Below, piece after piece: positions 1 through 12,320 of a stretch of DNA of 64,000 nucleotides. Numbering within the stretch: the stretch's first letter is position 1; the number at the start of each line of letters is the position of its first letter. A program made the position numbers and the translations under genes. This stretch comes from Escherichia coli. GTDB lineage: Bacteria > Pseudomonadota > Gammaproteobacteria > Enterobacterales > Enterobacteriaceae. The stretch is taken from assembly GCF_003334385.1 (NCBI RefSeq), contig NZ_QOWN01000010.1; one strand, given 5' to 3'. The notes beneath the pieces are model-generated. The model ran no database searches and had not been told where the DNA came from. It saw only the letters and a program-made list of their open reading frames with translations.

Positions 1-3000
1 CCATTACTGATTACCACTCGCTGATGTTCGATCTGGGCATCATCGCGCGTCGTCTGCGCTCCGCATCTGACCGTAGCAAATTCTATCGTCTGATCGAAGC
101 TTCGCTGTATGGCGGGATCTCCAGTGCCATTACCCGTTCTCTGCGCGACTACCTGTTGCCAGAAAACAGCGGCGTGCGTAAAGCGTTCCAGGACATGGAA
201 GCGGCGCTGCGTGAAAACCGTATGACGCTGGAAGCGATTCGTGTCACCCAGTCGGACCGCGACCTGTTTAAGCATCTGATCAGCGAAGCCACCAACTACG
301 TGGCGGCGGACTACATGCGTCACGCCAACGAGCGCCGTGTCCATCTCGACAAAGCCCTGGAGTTTCGTCGCGAGCTACATACTTCGCGTCAGCAACTGGC
401 GGCTGAGCAGTACAAACACGTCGATATGGCGCGTGAGCTGGCAGAGCACAACGGTGCCGAAGGCGATCTGGAAGCGGATTATCAGGCGGCCAGTGATCAC
501 CTGAACCTGGTGCAAACCGCACTGCGTCAGCAGGAGAAGATCGAACGCTACGAAGCGGATCTCGATGAGCTGCAGATCCGTCTGGAAGAGCAAAATGAAG
601 TGGTGGCAGAAGCCATCGAACGCCAGGAAGAGAATGAGGCTCGTGCGGAAGCTGCCGAACTGGAAGTGGACGAGCTGAAAAGCCAGCTTGCTGACTACCA
701 GCAGGCGCTGGACGTCCAGCAAACGCGCGCGATCCAGTATAACCAGGCGATTGCTGCGCTTAATCGTGCCAAAGAACTGTGCCATCTGCCGGACTTAACC
801 GCCGACTGCGCCGCCGAATGGCTGGAAACCTTCCAGGCGAAAGAGCTGGAAGCGACTGAAAAAATGCTCTCTCTTGAGCAGAAAATGAGCATGGCGCAAA
901 CCGCGCACAGCCAGTTTGAGCAGGCTTATCAGCTGGTGGTGGCAATCAACGGCCCACTGGCGCGTAACGAGGCGTGGGATGTCGCTCGCGAACTATTGCG
1001 CGAAGGGGTCGATCAGCGTCACCTGGCAGAGCAGGTTCAGCCGCTGCGGATGCGATTAAGCGAACTGGAACAGCGTCTACGCGAGCAGCAAGAAGCTGAG
1101 CGTCTGCTGGCAGATTTCTGCAAACGTCAGGGCAAGAATTTTGATATCGACGAACTGGAAGCCCTGCATCAGGAACTGGAAGCACGCATTGCCTCTCTTT
1201 CCGATAGCGTGTCTAACGCCCGTGAAGAGCGCATGGCACTGCGCCAGGAGCAGGAACAGCTGCAGTCTCGCATTCAGAGTTTGATGCAGCGTGCGCCGGT
1301 TTGGCTGGCAGCGCAAAACAGTCTCAACCAGTTGAGCGAACAGTGCGGCGAAGAGTTTACCTCCAGCCAGGACGTCACCGAATATCTGCAACAGTTGCTG
1401 GAGCGTGAGCGAGAGGCGATTGTTGAACGCGATGAAGTGGGCGCGCGCAAAAACGCCGTCGATGAAGAGATCGAACGTTTAAGCCAGCCTGGCGGCTCTG
1501 AAGATCAGCGTCTGAACGCGCTGGCGGAGCGTTTTGGTGGTGTGCTGCTGTCAGAAATTTATGACGACGTTAGCCTGGAAGATGCGCCGTACTTCTCAGC
1601 GCTGTATGGCCCGTCACGCCACGCCATCGTGGTGCCAGATCTGTCACAGGTAACTGAACACCTGGAAGGCTTGACCGATTGCCCGGAAGATCTCTATCTG
1701 ATCGAAGGAGATCCGCAGTCATTCGATGACAGCGTGTTCAGCGTTGATGAGCTGGAAAAAGCGGTAGTGGTGAAAATCGCCGATCGTCAGTGGCGTTATT
1801 CACGTTTCCCGGAAGTGCCGCTGTTTGGTCGTGCTGCGCGTGAAAGCCGTATTGAAAGCCTCCATGCCGAGCGTGAAGTGCTTTCCGAACGCTTCGCCAC
1901 GCTCTCCTTTGATGTACAGAAAACTCAGCGTCTGCATCAGGCGTTCAGCCGCTTTATCGGCAGTCATCTGGCGGTTGCGTTTGAGTCTGACCCGGAAGCA
2001 GAAATCCGTCAACTGAACAGCCGTCGCGTCGAACTGGAGCGGGCGTTAAGTAATCATGAAAATGATAACCAGCAGCAGCGTATTCAGTTTGAGCAGGCGA
2101 AAGAGGGCGTTACGGCGCTGAACCGCATTCTGCCGCGTCTCAACCTGTTGGCTGATGACAGCCTGGCGGATCGCGTCGATGAAATCCGCGAACGTCTGGA
2201 TGAAGCCCAGGAAGCCGCGCGTTTTGTTCAGCAGTTTGGCAATCAACTGGCGAAACTGGAACCGATTGTTTCGGTATTGCAGAGCGACCCGGAACAGTTC
2301 GAACAGTTAAAAGAAGATTACGCGTACTCTCAGCAGATGCAGCGCGATGCCCGTCAGCAGGCGTTTGCCCTGACGGAAGTGGTGCAGCGTCGTGCGCACT
2401 TTAGCTATTCTGACTCGGCAGAAATGCTTAGCGGTAACAGCGATCTCAACGAAAAACTGCGTGAACGTCTGGAACAGGCGGAAGCGGAGCGTACCCGTGC
2501 TCGCGAAGCGTTGCGCGGTCACGCAGCGCAGTTGAGTCAGTACAACCAGGTGCTGGCTTCGCTGAAAAGTTCTTACGACACCAAAAAAGAGCTACTCAAC
2601 GATCTGCAACGTGAATTGCAGGATATCGGCGTGCGTGCTGATAGCGGGGCAGAAGAGCGGGCGCGTATTCGCCGTGACGAGCTGCATGCGCAACTGAGCA
2701 ATAACCGTTCACGCCGCAATCAACTGGAAAAAGCGCTTACCTTCTGCGAAGCGGAGATGGACAACCTGACCCGCAAACTGCGCAAGCTGGAGCGGGATTA
2801 CTTTGAGATGCGCGAGCAGGTAGTGACCGCCAAAGCGGGCTGGTGTGCGGTGATGCGCATGGTGAAAGATAACGGCGTTGAGCGCCGCTTACACCGTCGT
2901 GAGCTGGCTTATCTCTCCGCTGATGATTTGCGTTCCATGTCGGATAAGGCGTTAGGTGCGCTGCGTCTGGCGGTGGCGGATAACGAACATCTGCGCGACG

Positions 3001-3953
3001 TGCTGCGCATGTCGGAAGATCCGAAACGTCCGGAGCGTAAAATTCAGTTCTTCGTGGCGGTTTATCAGCATCTGCGTGAACGTATTCGTCAGGATATTAT
3101 TCGTACCGATGATCCGGTGGAAGCTATCGAACAGATGGAGATTGAACTTAGCCGTCTGACCGAAGAATTAACCTCCCGTGAACAGAAACTGGCGATCAGT
3201 TCCCGCAGCGTGGCGAACATCATTCGCAAAACCATTCAGCGCGAGCAGAACCGTATCCGTATGCTCAACCAGGGGTTGCAGAACGTATCGTTTGGTCAGG
3301 TGAACAGCGTGCGTCTCAACGTGAACGTGCGTGAAACGCACGCCATGCTACTGGATGTGCTCTCTGAACAGCACGAGCAGCATCAGGATCTGTTTAACAG
3401 CAACCGTTTGACCTTCTCGGAAGCGCTGGCGAAACTGTATCAACGTCTTAACCCGCAGATTGATATGGGGCAGCGCACGCCGCAGACCATCGGTGAAGAA
3501 CTGCTGGATTACCGCAACTATCTGGAAATGGAAGTTGAGGTTAACCGTGGTTCCGATGGCTGGCTGCGCGCAGAGTCTGGTGCATTGTCGACCGGTGAGG
3601 CGATTGGTACCGGTATGTCGATTCTGGTGATGGTGGTACAAAGCTGGGAAGATGAATCTCGCCGCCTGCGCGGTAAAGATATCTCTCCTTGCCGCCTGCT
3701 GTTCCTCGATGAAGCAGCGCGACTGGATGCTCGTTCTATCGCCACGCTGTTTGAATTGTGTGAGCGTTTGCAAATGCAACTCATCATCGCAGCGCCGGAA
3801 AATATCAGCCCGGAGAAAGGCACCACCTATAAACTGGTGCGTAAAGTCTTCCAGAATACCGAACACGTTCATGTCGTCGGCCTGCGAGGATTTGCGCCGC
3901 AACTCCCTGAAACGCTTCCAGGAACTGACGAAGCGCCTTCTCAGGCGAGTTAA
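1..3953 (+). CDS. mukB: Chromosome partition protein MukB (SMC-like condensin), C-terminal ~1309 codons; 5' end outside window
   Basis: ORF 24..3953 is in an open frame back to the window edge; long coiled-coil sequence ending in a head-domain segment; stop TAA at 3951-3953. Confidence 0.93.
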   Translation, partial: ITDYHSLMFDLGIIARRLRSASDRSKFYRLIEASLYGGISSAITRSLRDYLLPENSGVRKAFQDMEAALRENRMTLEAIRVTQSDRDLFKHLISEATNYVAADYMRHANERRVHLDKALEFRRELHTSRQQLAAEQYKHVDMARELAEHNGAEGDLEADYQAASDHLNLVQTALRQQEKIERYEADLDELQIRLEEQNEVVAEAIERQEENEARAEAAELEVDELKSQLADYQQALDVQQTRAIQYNQAIAALNRAKELCHLPDLTADCAAEWLETFQAKELEATEKMLSLEQKMSMAQTAHSQFEQAYQLVVAINGPLARNEAWDVARELLREGVDQRHLAEQVQPLRMRLSELEQRLREQQEAERLLADFCKRQGKNFDIDELEALHQELEARIASLSDSVSNAREERMALRQEQEQLQSRIQSLMQRAPVWLAAQNSLNQLSEQCGEEFTSSQDVTEYLQQLLEREREAIVERDEVGARKNAVDEEIERLSQPGGSEDQRLNALAERFGGVLLSEIYDDVSLEDAPYFSALYGPSRHAIVVPDLSQVTEHLEGLTDCPEDLYLIEGDPQSFDDSVFSVDELEKAVVVKIADRQWRYSRFPEVPLFGRAARESRIESLHAEREVLSERFATLSFDVQKTQRLHQAFSRFIGSHLAVAFESDPEAEIRQLNSRRVELERALSNHENDNQQQRIQFEQAKEGVTALNRILPRLNLLADDSLADRVDEIRERLDEAQEAARFVQQFGNQLAKLEPIVSVLQSDPEQFEQLKEDYAYSQQMQRDARQQAFALTEVVQRRAHFSYSDSAEMLSGNSDLNEKLRERLEQAEAERTRAREALRGHAAQLSQYNQVLASLKSSYDTKKELLNDLQRELQDIGVRADSGAEERARIRRDELHAQLSNNRSRRNQLEKALTFCEAEMDNLTRKLRKLERDYFEMREQVVTAKAGWCAVMRMVKDNGVERRLHRRELAYLSADDLRSMSDKALGALRLAVADNEHLRDVLRMSEDPKRPERKIQFFVAVYQHLRERIRQDIIRTDDPVEAIEQMEIELSRLTEELTSREQKLAISSRSVANIIRKTIQREQNRIRMLNQGLQNVSFGQVNSVRLNVNVRETHAMLLDVLSEQHEQHQDLFNSNRLTFSEALAKLYQRLNPQIDMGQRTPQTIGEELLDYRNYLEMEVEVNRGSDGWLRAESGALSTGEAIGTGMSILVMVVQSWEDESRRLRGKDISPCRLLFLDEAARLDARSIATLFELCERLQMQLIIAAPENISPEKGTTYKLVRKVFQNTEHVHVVGLRGFAPQLPETLPGTDEAPSQAS

Positions 3954-3957
3954 AATT

Positions 3958-3988
3958 AAGGCGGCAGCAATGCCGCCTTTTCTTTTTC
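3958..3988 (+). terminator. Rho-independent terminator after mukB
   Basis: GC stem GGCGGCA/TGCCGCC (3960-3977) followed by a T-rich run TTTTCTTTTTC. Confidence 0.6.
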
Positions 3989-4213
3989 CGAAAACTCCGT
4001 TTCTGCACTAAAAAAGTGGCACATTACGGCGCGCTTTTCTTTAAACTTCTTTACATTAGGTTATGTAAAAACGTATCGGCGTTTATATACTGAAGATAAG
4101 CCTGATGAGTAACAGGCTTGCTCGTCATACTTTCGTGAGTATTGGCGTTGTACAGGCAAGTCGTAAAATAACAGCCTGGCTATTCAGAGTATGATAAAAA
4201 CAGGGGGCAAGGG

Positions 4214-6061
4214 ATGTTGCTTAATATGATGTGTGGTCGTCGGCTGTCGGCAATCAGTTTGTGCCTGGCCGTAACATTCGCTCCACTGTTCAATGCGCAG
4301 GCCGATGAGCCTGAAGTAATCCCTGGCGACAGCCCGGTGGCTGTCAGTGAACAGGGCGAGGCACTGCCGCAGGCGCAAGCCACGGCAATAATGGCGGGGA
4401 TCCAGCCATTGCCTGAAGGTGCGGCAGAAAAAGCCCGCACGCAAATCGAATCTCAATTACCCGCAGGTTACAAGCCGGTTTATCTTAACCAGCTTCAACT
4501 GTTGTATGCCGCACGCGATATGCAACCCATGTGGGAAAACCGTGATGCTGTTAAAGCCTTCCAGCAACAGCTGGCAGAGGTGGCGATTGCCGGTTTCCAG
4601 CCGCAGTTTAATAAATGGGTAGAGTTACTGACCGATCCTGGTGTTAACGGGATGGCACGCGACGTGGTGCTCTCTGATGCGATGATGGGCTATCTCCATT
4701 TCATTGCAAATATTCCGGTCAAAGGCACTCGCTGGCTATATAGCAGTAAACCTTATGCACTTGCAACGCCGCCGCTCTCGGTGATTAACCAATGGCAGCT
4801 GGCGCTGGATAAAGGTCAATTGCCTACGTTTGTTGCAGGACTGGCACCGCAGCATCCGCAATATGCGGCGATGCATGAATCGTTACTGGCCTTACTCTGT
4901 GACACCAAACCGTGGCCCCAACTGACCGGCAAAGCAACGTTGCGCCCAGGGCAGTGGAGTAACGACGTACCGGCGTTGCGCGAAATATTGCAACGCACAG
5001 GCATGTTGGACGGGGGGCCGAAAATTACTCTACCTGGCGATGACACGCCAACTGACGCGGTAGTCAGCCCATCCGCTGTTACTGTTGAAACAGCAGAAAC
5101 TAAGCCGATGGATAAGCAAACGACGTCTCGTAGTAAACCTGCGCCTGCCGTTCGCGCCGCCTACGATAATGAACTGGTGGAAGCCGTTAAACGTTTTCAG
5201 GCATGGCAAGGATTGGGGGCAGATGGTGCTATTGGCCCGGCAACACGTGACTGGTTAAACGTAACGCCCGCCCAGCGTGCTGGCGTGTTGGCTCTCAACA
5301 TCCAGCGATTGCGCTTGCTGCCAACAGAGCTTTCTACCGGGATCATGGTTAACATTCCGGCCTATTCGCTGGTCTACTATCAGAACGGCAATCAGGTGCT
5401 GGATTCGCGAGTCATTGTCGGTCGCCCCGATCGCAAAACGCCGATGATGAGCAGTGCCCTTAACAACGTAGTGGTAAACCCGCCGTGGAACGTACCTCCA
5501 ACTCTGGCACGCAAAGATATTCTGCCAAAAGTGCGCAACGATCCGGGATATCTCGAAAGCCATGGCTATACGGTGATGCGCGGCTGGAACAGCAGAGAAG
5601 CGATTGACCCATGGCAGGTTGACTGGTCTACAATCACGGCCTCGAATTTACCGTTCCGCTTCCAGCAGGCTCCAGGCCCACGGAACTCGCTGGGGCGCTA
5701 TAAATTCAATATGCCGAGTTCAGAGGCCATTTATTTGCATGACACGCCGAACCACAATCTGTTCAAGCGTGATACACGCGCATTGAGCTCAGGCTGTGTA
5801 CGAGTGAATAAAGCTTCCGATCTGGCGAATATGCTGTTGCAGGATGCAGGCTGGAATGACAAACGTATTTCTGATGCGCTGAAGCAGGGTGATACACGTT
5901 ACGTCAATATTCGGCAGTCGATTCCGGTGAATCTCTACTACCTGACGGCCTTTGTTGGTGCAGATGGTCGTACCCAGTATCGTACAGATATTTACAATTA
6001 TGATCTGCCTGCGCGATCCAGCTCGCAAATCGTATCGAAAGCGGAACAATTAATCAGGTAA
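4214..6061 (+). CDS. ldtD: L,D-transpeptidase LdtD (YcbB), 615 aa
   Basis: ORF 615 aa matches the recalled length; N-terminal signal peptide; YkuD-type catalytic region near the C-terminus (HDTPNHNLF...SSGCVRV). Confidence 0.93.
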   Translation: MLLNMMCGRRLSAISLCLAVTFAPLFNAQADEPEVIPGDSPVAVSEQGEALPQAQATAIMAGIQPLPEGAAEKARTQIESQLPAGYKPVYLNQLQLLYAARDMQPMWENRDAVKAFQQQLAEVAIAGFQPQFNKWVELLTDPGVNGMARDVVLSDAMMGYLHFIANIPVKGTRWLYSSKPYALATPPLSVINQWQLALDKGQLPTFVAGLAPQHPQYAAMHESLLALLCDTKPWPQLTGKATLRPGQWSNDVPALREILQRTGMLDGGPKITLPGDDTPTDAVVSPSAVTVETAETKPMDKQTTSRSKPAPAVRAAYDNELVEAVKRFQAWQGLGADGAIGPATRDWLNVTPAQRAGVLALNIQRLRLLPTELSTGIMVNIPAYSLVYYQNGNQVLDSRVIVGRPDRKTPMMSSALNNVVVNPPWNVPPTLARKDILPKVRNDPGYLESHGYTVMRGWNSREAIDPWQVDWSTITASNLPFRFQQAPGPRNSLGRYKFNMPSSEAIYLHDTPNHNLFKRDTRALSSGCVRVNKASDLANMLLQDAGWNDKRISDALKQGDTRYVNIRQSIPVNLYYLTAFVGADGRTQYRTDIYNYDLPARSSSQIVSKAEQLIR

Positions 6062-6241
6062 ATGAAGTAGTTCGGGGAAATCAGTTGTCGTAATAATTAG
6101 CATGATTGGGGGCGATTCTCTGCAGCCCCCGTCACTGCTGGGGTTGAGTCATCTTGACGTCTGCTTTACGGGCGGTTAAGGTGCCTCTTGTGCGCCAGAA
6201 GTGCATATAAACGATAACATTGACCTGTAGACTTGATTATC

Positions 6242-6790
6242 ATGGACAAATTCGACGCTAATCGCCGCAAATTGCTGGCGCTTGGTGGCGTTGCACTCGG
6301 TGCCGCCATCCTGCCGACCCCTGCGTTTGCAACACTCTCTACCCCACGCCCGCGCATTTTGACACTCAATAATCTTCATACCGGAGAGTCAATCAAAGCG
6401 GAGTTTTTCGATGGCAGAGGCTATATTCAGGAAGAATTGGCAAAACTTAACCATTTTTTCCGCGATTACCGCGCGAACAAAATAAAGTCCATCGACCCAG
6501 GATTATTCGACCAGTTGTATCGCCTGCAAGGGTTGTTAGGCACGCGCAAACCGGTGCAACTCATTTCCGGTTATCGTTCTATTGATACCAACAATGAACT
6601 ACGCGCCCGCAGCCGTGGAGTAGCGAAGAAAAGCTATCACACTAAAGGCCAGGCGATGGATTTCCATATTGAAGGTATCGCGTTAAGCAATATTCGCAAA
6701 GCCGCGTTATCTATGCGCGCAGGTGGTGTAGGATATTATCCACGTAGTAACTTTGTGCATATTGATACCGGGCCAGCACGGCACTGGTAG
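6242..6790 (+). CDS. ycbK: Tat-exported peptidoglycan endopeptidase MepK (YcbK), 182 aa
   Basis: ORF 6233..6790; start chosen at MDKFDANRRKLLALGG, which gives a twin-arginine signal; length matches recalled YcbK. Confidence 0.88.
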   Translation: MDKFDANRRKLLALGGVALGAAILPTPAFATLSTPRPRILTLNNLHTGESIKAEFFDGRGYIQEELAKLNHFFRDYRANKIKSIDPGLFDQLYRLQGLLGTRKPVQLISGYRSIDTNNELRARSRGVAKKSYHTKGQAMDFHIEGIALSNIRKAALSMRAGGVGYYPRSNFVHIDTGPARHW

Positions 6791-6816
6791 TAATTGCTTA
6801 ACGAAACAGGGGCAGT

Positions 6817-7464
6817 ATGAACTATCGTATTATTCCGGTCACCGCATTCTCCCAGAACTGTTCATTAATCTGGTGTGAACAAACCCGTCTGGCCGCACTG
6901 GTCGATCCTGGCGGCGATGCGGAAAAAATCAAACAGGAAGTTGATGACAGCGGCCTGACACTGATGCAGATCCTGCTGACGCATGGTCATCTGGACCACG
7001 TTGGCGCAGCGGCGGAACTGGCGCAACATTACGGCGTGCCGGTTTTCGGCCCGGAAAAAGAAGATGAGTTCTGGCTGCAAGGCTTGCCTGCGCAAAGTCG
7101 TATGTTTGGTCTGGAAGAGTGCCAGCCGCTGACGCCAGATCGTTGGCTGAACGAAGGCGATACCATCAGCATAGGGAATGTGACTTTACAGGTGTTACAT
7201 TGCCCTGGGCATACGCCGGGTCATGTCGTGTTTTTTGATGATCGGGCAAAGCTGCTGATTTCTGGCGATGTTATTTTCAAAGGCGGAGTAGGGCGCAGTG
7301 ACTTCCCGCGTGGCGATCATAATCAACTGATTTCTTCAATCAAAGATAAATTGCTGCCACTGGGGGATGACGTGATATTTATTCCGGGTCACGGACCATT
7401 ATCCACACTTGGTTATGAACGCCTGCATAATCCCTTCCTGCAAGACGAAATGCCCGTCTGGTAA
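6817..7464 (+). CDS. ycbL: Metallo-beta-lactamase fold hydrolase YcbL (GloC, glyoxalase II-like), 215 aa
   Basis: ORF 215 aa with the THGHLDH zinc-binding motif. Confidence 0.92.
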
Positions 7465-7471
7465 GGCACAT

Positions 7472-7496
7472 AAAAAAGCCCGCTTTTAATGCGGGC
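7472..7496 (-). terminator. Hairpin GCCCGC-N7-GCGGGC with a U6 tract on the minus strand; likely 3' end of the aspC transcript
   Basis: Plus strand reads AAAAAA GCCCGC TTTTAAT GCGGGC; a U-tract follows the stem only when read on the minus strand. Confidence 0.45.
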
Positions 7497-7526
7497 CTGG
7501 ATTTCTGGCAAAGTGCGCTTTGTTTA

Positions 7527-7627
7527 TGCCGGATGCGGCACGAGCGCCTTATCCGGCCTACAAAATCGTGCAAATTCAAAATATTGCAGGGGACGCGTAG
7601 GCCTGATAAGCGTAGCGCATCAGGCAA
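7527..7627. repeat. REP/BIME cluster (two inverted REP-like palindromic units)
   Basis: GCCGGATGCGG...CTTATCCGGCCTAC and GTAGGCCTGATAAGCGTAGCGCATCAGGC, in opposite orientation, in the ycbL-aspC intergenic region. Confidence 0.75.
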
Positions 7628-7649
7628 TGTTGCGTTTGTCATCAGTCTC

Positions 7650-7680
7650 AGCCCGCTTTTCAGCGGGCTTCATTGTTTTT
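7650..7680 (+). terminator. Hairpin AGCCCGC-N6-GCGGGCT followed by a T-rich run on the plus strand; likely 3' end of the ycbL transcript
   Basis: Stem 7650-7656/7663-7669 followed by TCATTGTTTTT; no U-tract in the minus orientation. Confidence 0.45.
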
Positions 7681-7685
7681 AATGC

Positions 7686-8876
7686 TTACAGCACTGCCAC
7701 AATCGCTTCGCACAGCGGAGCCATGTTATCTGGTGTCATCCCGGCCACATTTACGCGACCAGAAGCAACCGCATATACGCCAAACTCTTCGCGCAGACGC
7801 AGCACTTGTTCTTTTGTCAGGCCACTGAAGGAGAACATGCCGTTCTGTTTGATGATAAAGCTGAAGTCGCGGTTTGCGCCTTTTTCCTGCAGCGTATTGA
7901 CGAACAACTGACGCATACGCTGAATACGCTGGCGCATATCAGTCAGCTCTTGTTCCCAAATCGCACGTAACGCATCGTTGCTCAGGATGGTGGCAACAAC
8001 AGAAGCGCCGTGTGCTGGTGGGTTAGAGTAGTTAGCGCGAATCGCCGCTTTCATTTGGCTGAATGCGCGATCAACGGTTTCACTGTCGGCAGCAACCAGA
8101 GTACAAGCGCCAACACGCTCGTTGTACAGGCCAAAGTTTTTAGAGTAGGAACTGGCAACAATCAGCTCTTTATGCATAGCCGCGAAAGCGCGCAGTCCTT
8201 CAGCATCTTCTTCCAGACCACGGGCAAAACCCTGGTAAGCGAAGTCAAACAGCGGTAACCAGCCTTTCTCAACGGAGAGTTGTGCCAGTGTTTGCCATTG
8301 TTCCAGCGTAGGGTCGATACCGGTTGGGTTATGGCAGCAGCCATGGAACAGCACTACGTCGCCAGCCTGAGCTTCATTCAGGCTGTTAATCAGTGCATCG
8401 AAGTCAAGAGTGTGATTTTCCGCATCATAATAAGCGTATTCACGAACTTCCAGACCTGCAGAGTTAAAGACGCTCTTATGGTTCGGCCAGCTTGGGTTGC
8501 TCACCCACACACGCTTAACGCTGGTATTTTTTGCCAGGAAATCGGCAGCCACGCGTAGTGCGCCAGTGCCCCCCGGAGTCTGTGCCGTGCGAGCACGTTT
8601 GTCATTGATCAGGGCGCTACCTTTACCAAACAGCAGTTCCTGAGTGCAGCGACCAAATTCAGGGATGCCGTCAATGCCGAGGTAATTTTTGGTGGTTTCA
8701 TTTTCGAGCAGATACTGTTCAGCCTTTTTCACGCTGGTCAGTACCGGGGTTTTGCCCGTCTCATCTTTATAGACACCAATCCCGAGGTTAATTTTGCCGG
8801 GACGTTCATCGGCACGAAACAGATCGGCCAGGCCCAGAATCGGGTCGGCAGGAGCGGCGGTAATGTTCTCAAACAT
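7686..8876 (-). CDS. aspC: Aspartate aminotransferase AspC, 396 aa
   Basis: ORF 396 aa beginning [16 protein letters not shown]; PLP-lysine region SYSKNFGLY. Confidence 0.97.
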   Translation of the reverse strand: MFENITAAPADPILGLADLFRADERPGKINLGIGVYKDETGKTPVLTSVKKAEQYLLENETTKNYLGIDGIPEFGRCTQELLFGKGSALINDKRARTAQTPGGTGALRVAADFLAKNTSVKRVWVSNPSWPNHKSVFNSAGLEVREYAYYDAENHTLDFDALINSLNEAQAGDVVLFHGCCHNPTGIDPTLEQWQTLAQLSVEKGWLPLFDFAYQGFARGLEEDAEGLRAFAAMHKELIVASSYSKNFGLYNERVGACTLVAADSETVDRAFSQMKAAIRANYSNPPAHGASVVATILSNDALRAIWEQELTDMRQRIQRMRQLFVNTLQEKGANRDFSFIIKQNGMFSFSGLTKEQVLRLREEFGVYAVASGRVNVAGMTPDNMAPLCEAIVAVL

Positions 8877-9005
8877 GACGAGGTTCCATTATGGTTACAG
8901 AAGGGAAGTCCGCTATCAGGGTAACGGGAGATTTACAAAATTCCAACTATTACTGATGAAAACGCAGGCTGTTTTTGCAAGACGTGAGATTGCTCTGGAA
9001 GGTAT

Positions 9006-9036
9006 AAAAAAAACAGGACCAAAGTCCTGTTTTTTC
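9006..9036. terminator. Bidirectional rho-independent terminator (3' end of ompF)
   Basis: A8 - CAGGAC CAAA GTCCTG - T6; the stem is flanked by A-run and T-run, so it is functional in both orientations. Confidence 0.7.
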
Positions 9037-9060
9037 GGCATTTAACAAAGAGGTGTGCTA

Positions 9061-10149
9061 TTAGAACTGGTAAACGATACCCACAGCAACGGTGTCGTCT
9101 GAACCTACGCCCAGTTTGTTGTCAGAATCGATCTGGTTGATGATGTAGTCAACATAGGTGGACATGTTTTTGTTGAAGTAGTAGGTTGCGCCCACTTCAA
9201 AGTAGTTCACCAGATCAACATCACCGATACCTTCTACGTCTTTCGCTTTAGATTTGGTGTAAGCGATGGACGGACGCAGACCGAAATCGAACTGGTATTG
9301 CGCAACTAACAGAACGTCTTGCGTTTTGTTGGCGAAGCCGCTGGTGTTTGTAAATTTATTAGTGATCGGCGTAGCGTTACGGGTTTCACCGTAGTTCGCT
9401 GCCAGGTAGATGTTGTTCGCGTCGTACTTCAGACCAGTAGCCCACTGTTCAGCTTTTTTACCGTTGCCAAGAGGTTGAGCTTCTTGCAGGTTGGTACGGT
9501 CAGCTGCACCATAAGCACCAACGATACCAAAGCCTTCGTATTCGTAGCTGATAGAACCGCCAACACCGTCGCCGTTAGAACGGCGTGCAGTGTCACGCTC
9601 GTTTTTACCCAGGTACTGAACAGCGAAGTTCAGGCCATCAACCAGACCAAAGAAGTTGGAGTTACGATAGGTAGCAACGCCGCCAACACGACCAACGAAG
9701 AAGTCATCGCTGTATGCAGTATCACCACCAAATTCTGGCAGCATATCGGTGTAACCCAGTGCATCATAAACCACACCGTAGTTACGGCCGTAATCGAAAG
9801 AACCAACGTCAGCGTATTTAAGACCCGCGAATGCCAGACGCGTTTTGTTACCAGTTTGAGCGTCAGCGCCTTCAGAGTTGTTACCCTGGAAGTTATATTC
9901 CCACTGACCATAACCGGTCAGATCGGAATTGATTTGAGTTTCCCCTTTAAAACCAAGACGGGCATAGGTCATGTCGCCATTGCCACCGTAACTGTTTTCA
10001 CCGTTACCCTTGGAAAAATAATGCAGACCAACAGCTTTACCGTACAGATCTACTTTGTTGCCATCTTTGTTATAGATTTCTGCAGCGTTTGCAGTACCTG
10101 CTACTAACAGAGCAGGGACGATCACTGCCAGAATATTGCGCTTCATCAT
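9061..10149 (-). CDS. ompF: Outer membrane porin F (OmpF), 362 aa
   Basis: ORF 362 aa beginning [22 protein letters not shown] and ending in the C-terminal aromatic ...VGIVYQF. Confidence 0.97.
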
Positions 10150-10254
10150 TATTTATTACCCTCATGGTTTTTTTTATGACACCTGCCACTGCCGTCAATA
10201 AGTTCTGTCAATAAAAATTTACGGAACTATTGATGAGAGTTTGGTGTCTTTATG

Positions 10255-10360
10255 TGTCTGCAGGCATCTTTCCATTCAAACTAACGTTTCGCTACCGTGA
10301 AAGTGCTACAAAGATAAAGATTTGGTTTCAAAAAGAAAAAATATGTAACCAAAAGTAAAA
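10255..10360 (-). promoter_or_regulatory. ompF promoter with tandem OmpR-binding sites F1-F3
   Basis: Minus strand reads TTTACTTTTGGTTACATATT ... TTTCTTTTTGAAACCAAATC ... TTTATCTTTGTAGCACTTTCAC, the recalled OmpR F1-F3 array, about 110-210 bp upstream of the ompF ATG. Confidence 0.75.
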
Positions 10361-10709
10361 TTTAAGGAACTTTGTGAACACCGTCATATTTCCATAGAGA
10401 CGTGATGATATTTACAGCAATTTTAATCTATTTATATGATTTCCTTATATTTAAATTAACTAAACGGAAATTTTGTTTCTGATGGAAACTTTATCGACCT
10501 GGCACAAAATCTTCTTTCAGACATCCAGAATGCCAAAAAATAGTATGAAAATTGTGCTATTAGCTAAGAAAAAACTAATCCGCAATAAGAATGCGGATTA
10601 GTTTTTGCGCGTAAATGTTGCAATGTAATATTCCGTAACAGGATGATCGTTATGGCGGGGTTGCAAATAGATTGCTTGACTTAACAAACAGATAACTTGA
10701 CAGAAAAGA

Positions 10710-10739
10710 TAAAAAAAGAGCCAGCGGGCGCTGGCTCTT
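10710..10739 (-). terminator. Rho-independent terminator after asnS
   Basis: Stem AGAGCCAGCG/CGCTGGCTCT followed by a T7 run on the minus strand, immediately after the asnS stop. Confidence 0.7.
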
Positions 10740-10751
10740 GAAGACGCTAAA

Positions 10752-12152
10752 TTAGAAGCTGGCGTTACGCGGAGTACGTGGGAACGGAATCACATCACGT
10801 ACGTTTTGCACGCCAGTTACGTAAGCAATCAGACGTTCAAAACCAAGACCGAAACCTGAATGCGGAACAGTACCGTAGCGACGCAGATCGCGATACCACC
10901 AGTAATCTTCTTTATTCAGGCCCATTTCCAGCATACGCTCGTCCAGCACGTCCAGACGTTCTTCACGCTGGGAGCCACCAATGATCTCACCGATGCCCGG
11001 AGCCAGAACGTCCATAGCCGCAACGGTTTTACCGTCTTCGTTAAGGCGCATATAGAACGCTTTAATATCTTTCGGATAGTTTTTAACCACTACCGGTGCT
11101 TTAAAGTGTTCTTCCGCCAGATAACGCTCATGCTCAGAAGAGAGATCGACTCCCCAGTAAACCGGGTTTTCAAACTTCCTGCCGCAGTTTTCGAGAATGG
11201 TCACTGCGTCGGTATAATCCACCTGCGCAAAATCGGCTTCAATGAAGCGTTCCAGACGTGAAACGGCATCTTTATCTACGCGTTCAGCGAAGAATTTCAT
11301 GTCGTCAGCGCGTTCTTCGAGAACCGCTTTGAAGACATATTTCAGCATGGCTTCAGCCAGACCCGCAATATCGTTCAGGTTAGCAAACGCCACTTCCGGC
11401 TCCAGCATCCAGAATTCCGCCAGGTGACGGCTGGTGTTGGAGTTTTCAGCACGGAAAGTCGGGCCGAAGGTATAAATTTTGGACAATGCGCAAGCGTAGG
11501 TTTCGCCGTTCAACTGGCCAGATACGGTCAGGAAAGACTCTTTACCAAAGAAGTCTTTGTCGAAATCCACTTTGCCCTGATCGTTACGCGGCAGGTTTTC
11601 CAGATCCAGCGTAGAAACGCGGAACATTTCGCCTGCACCTTCGGTATCAGATGCGGTAATCAGTGGCGTTGAAACCCAGAAGAATCCCTGCTCGTTAAAG
11701 AAGCGATGCAGCGCCTGCGCCAGCGTATGGCGAACGCGCGCGACGGCACCAATCAGGTTTGTGCGCGGACGCAGGTGAGCGACTTCACGCAGATACTCAA
11801 TGCTGTGGCGTTTTGCCGCCATCGGGTAAGTGTCTGGATCTTCAACCCAACCAGCAACTTCAACCTTGCTGGCCTGAATTTCAAATTGTTGCCCCTGGCC
11901 CGGCGACGCCACGACTTTACCCGTCACAATGACCGAGCAGCCGGTGGTCAGACGCAGGACGTCTTCATTGTAATTGGGCAGAGAATTATTGATGACAGCC
12001 TGTACAGGATCAAAGCAGGAACCGTCATAAACGGCGAGGAAGGAGATGCCAGCTTTTGAATCTCGGCGGGTACGTACCCATCCGCGCACGGTGACTTCGC
12101 TGTCAACGGCTACACGGCCCTGGAGTACGTCGGCTACAGGCACAACGCTCAT
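10752..12152 (-). CDS. asnS: Asparagine--tRNA ligase AsnS, 466 aa
   Basis: ORF 10752..12197; start chosen at [13 protein letters not shown] (CAT at 12150-12152), giving the recalled 466 aa; class II aaRS motifs. Confidence 0.95.
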
Positions 12153-12286
12153 AATATTCTCTCTGTTAATAGTCGGAAAAAATAAACACTTGTCCACCCG
12201 TAAATGGGGGGATACCTATGTTACCTGGCATCTGCAATCAGACAAGCAGAATTCGCAAATGCAGCGAAAGATTTCGGAATTAAAGG

Positions 12287-12312
12287 TAAAAAAAGGGAGC
12301 CGATTAGCTCCC
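12287..12312 (-). terminator. Rho-independent terminator after pncB
   Basis: Stem GGGAGC/GCTCCC followed by a T-run on the minus strand, just past the pncB stop. Confidence 0.6.
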
Positions 12313-12320
12313 TGATGATA

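Noticed and set aside
8794-9045. 83-aa ORF spanning the aspC start and promoter
   Set aside because: It starts inside aspC on the opposite strand and runs through the aspC promoter and the ompF terminator hairpin. I found no support for translation.
9319-10107. 262-aa ORF on the plus strand, antisense to ompF
   Set aside because: It lies entirely inside the highly expressed ompF gene, has no ribosome-binding site, and its translation is low-complexity with odd composition. It is most likely a by-product of ompF codon bias.
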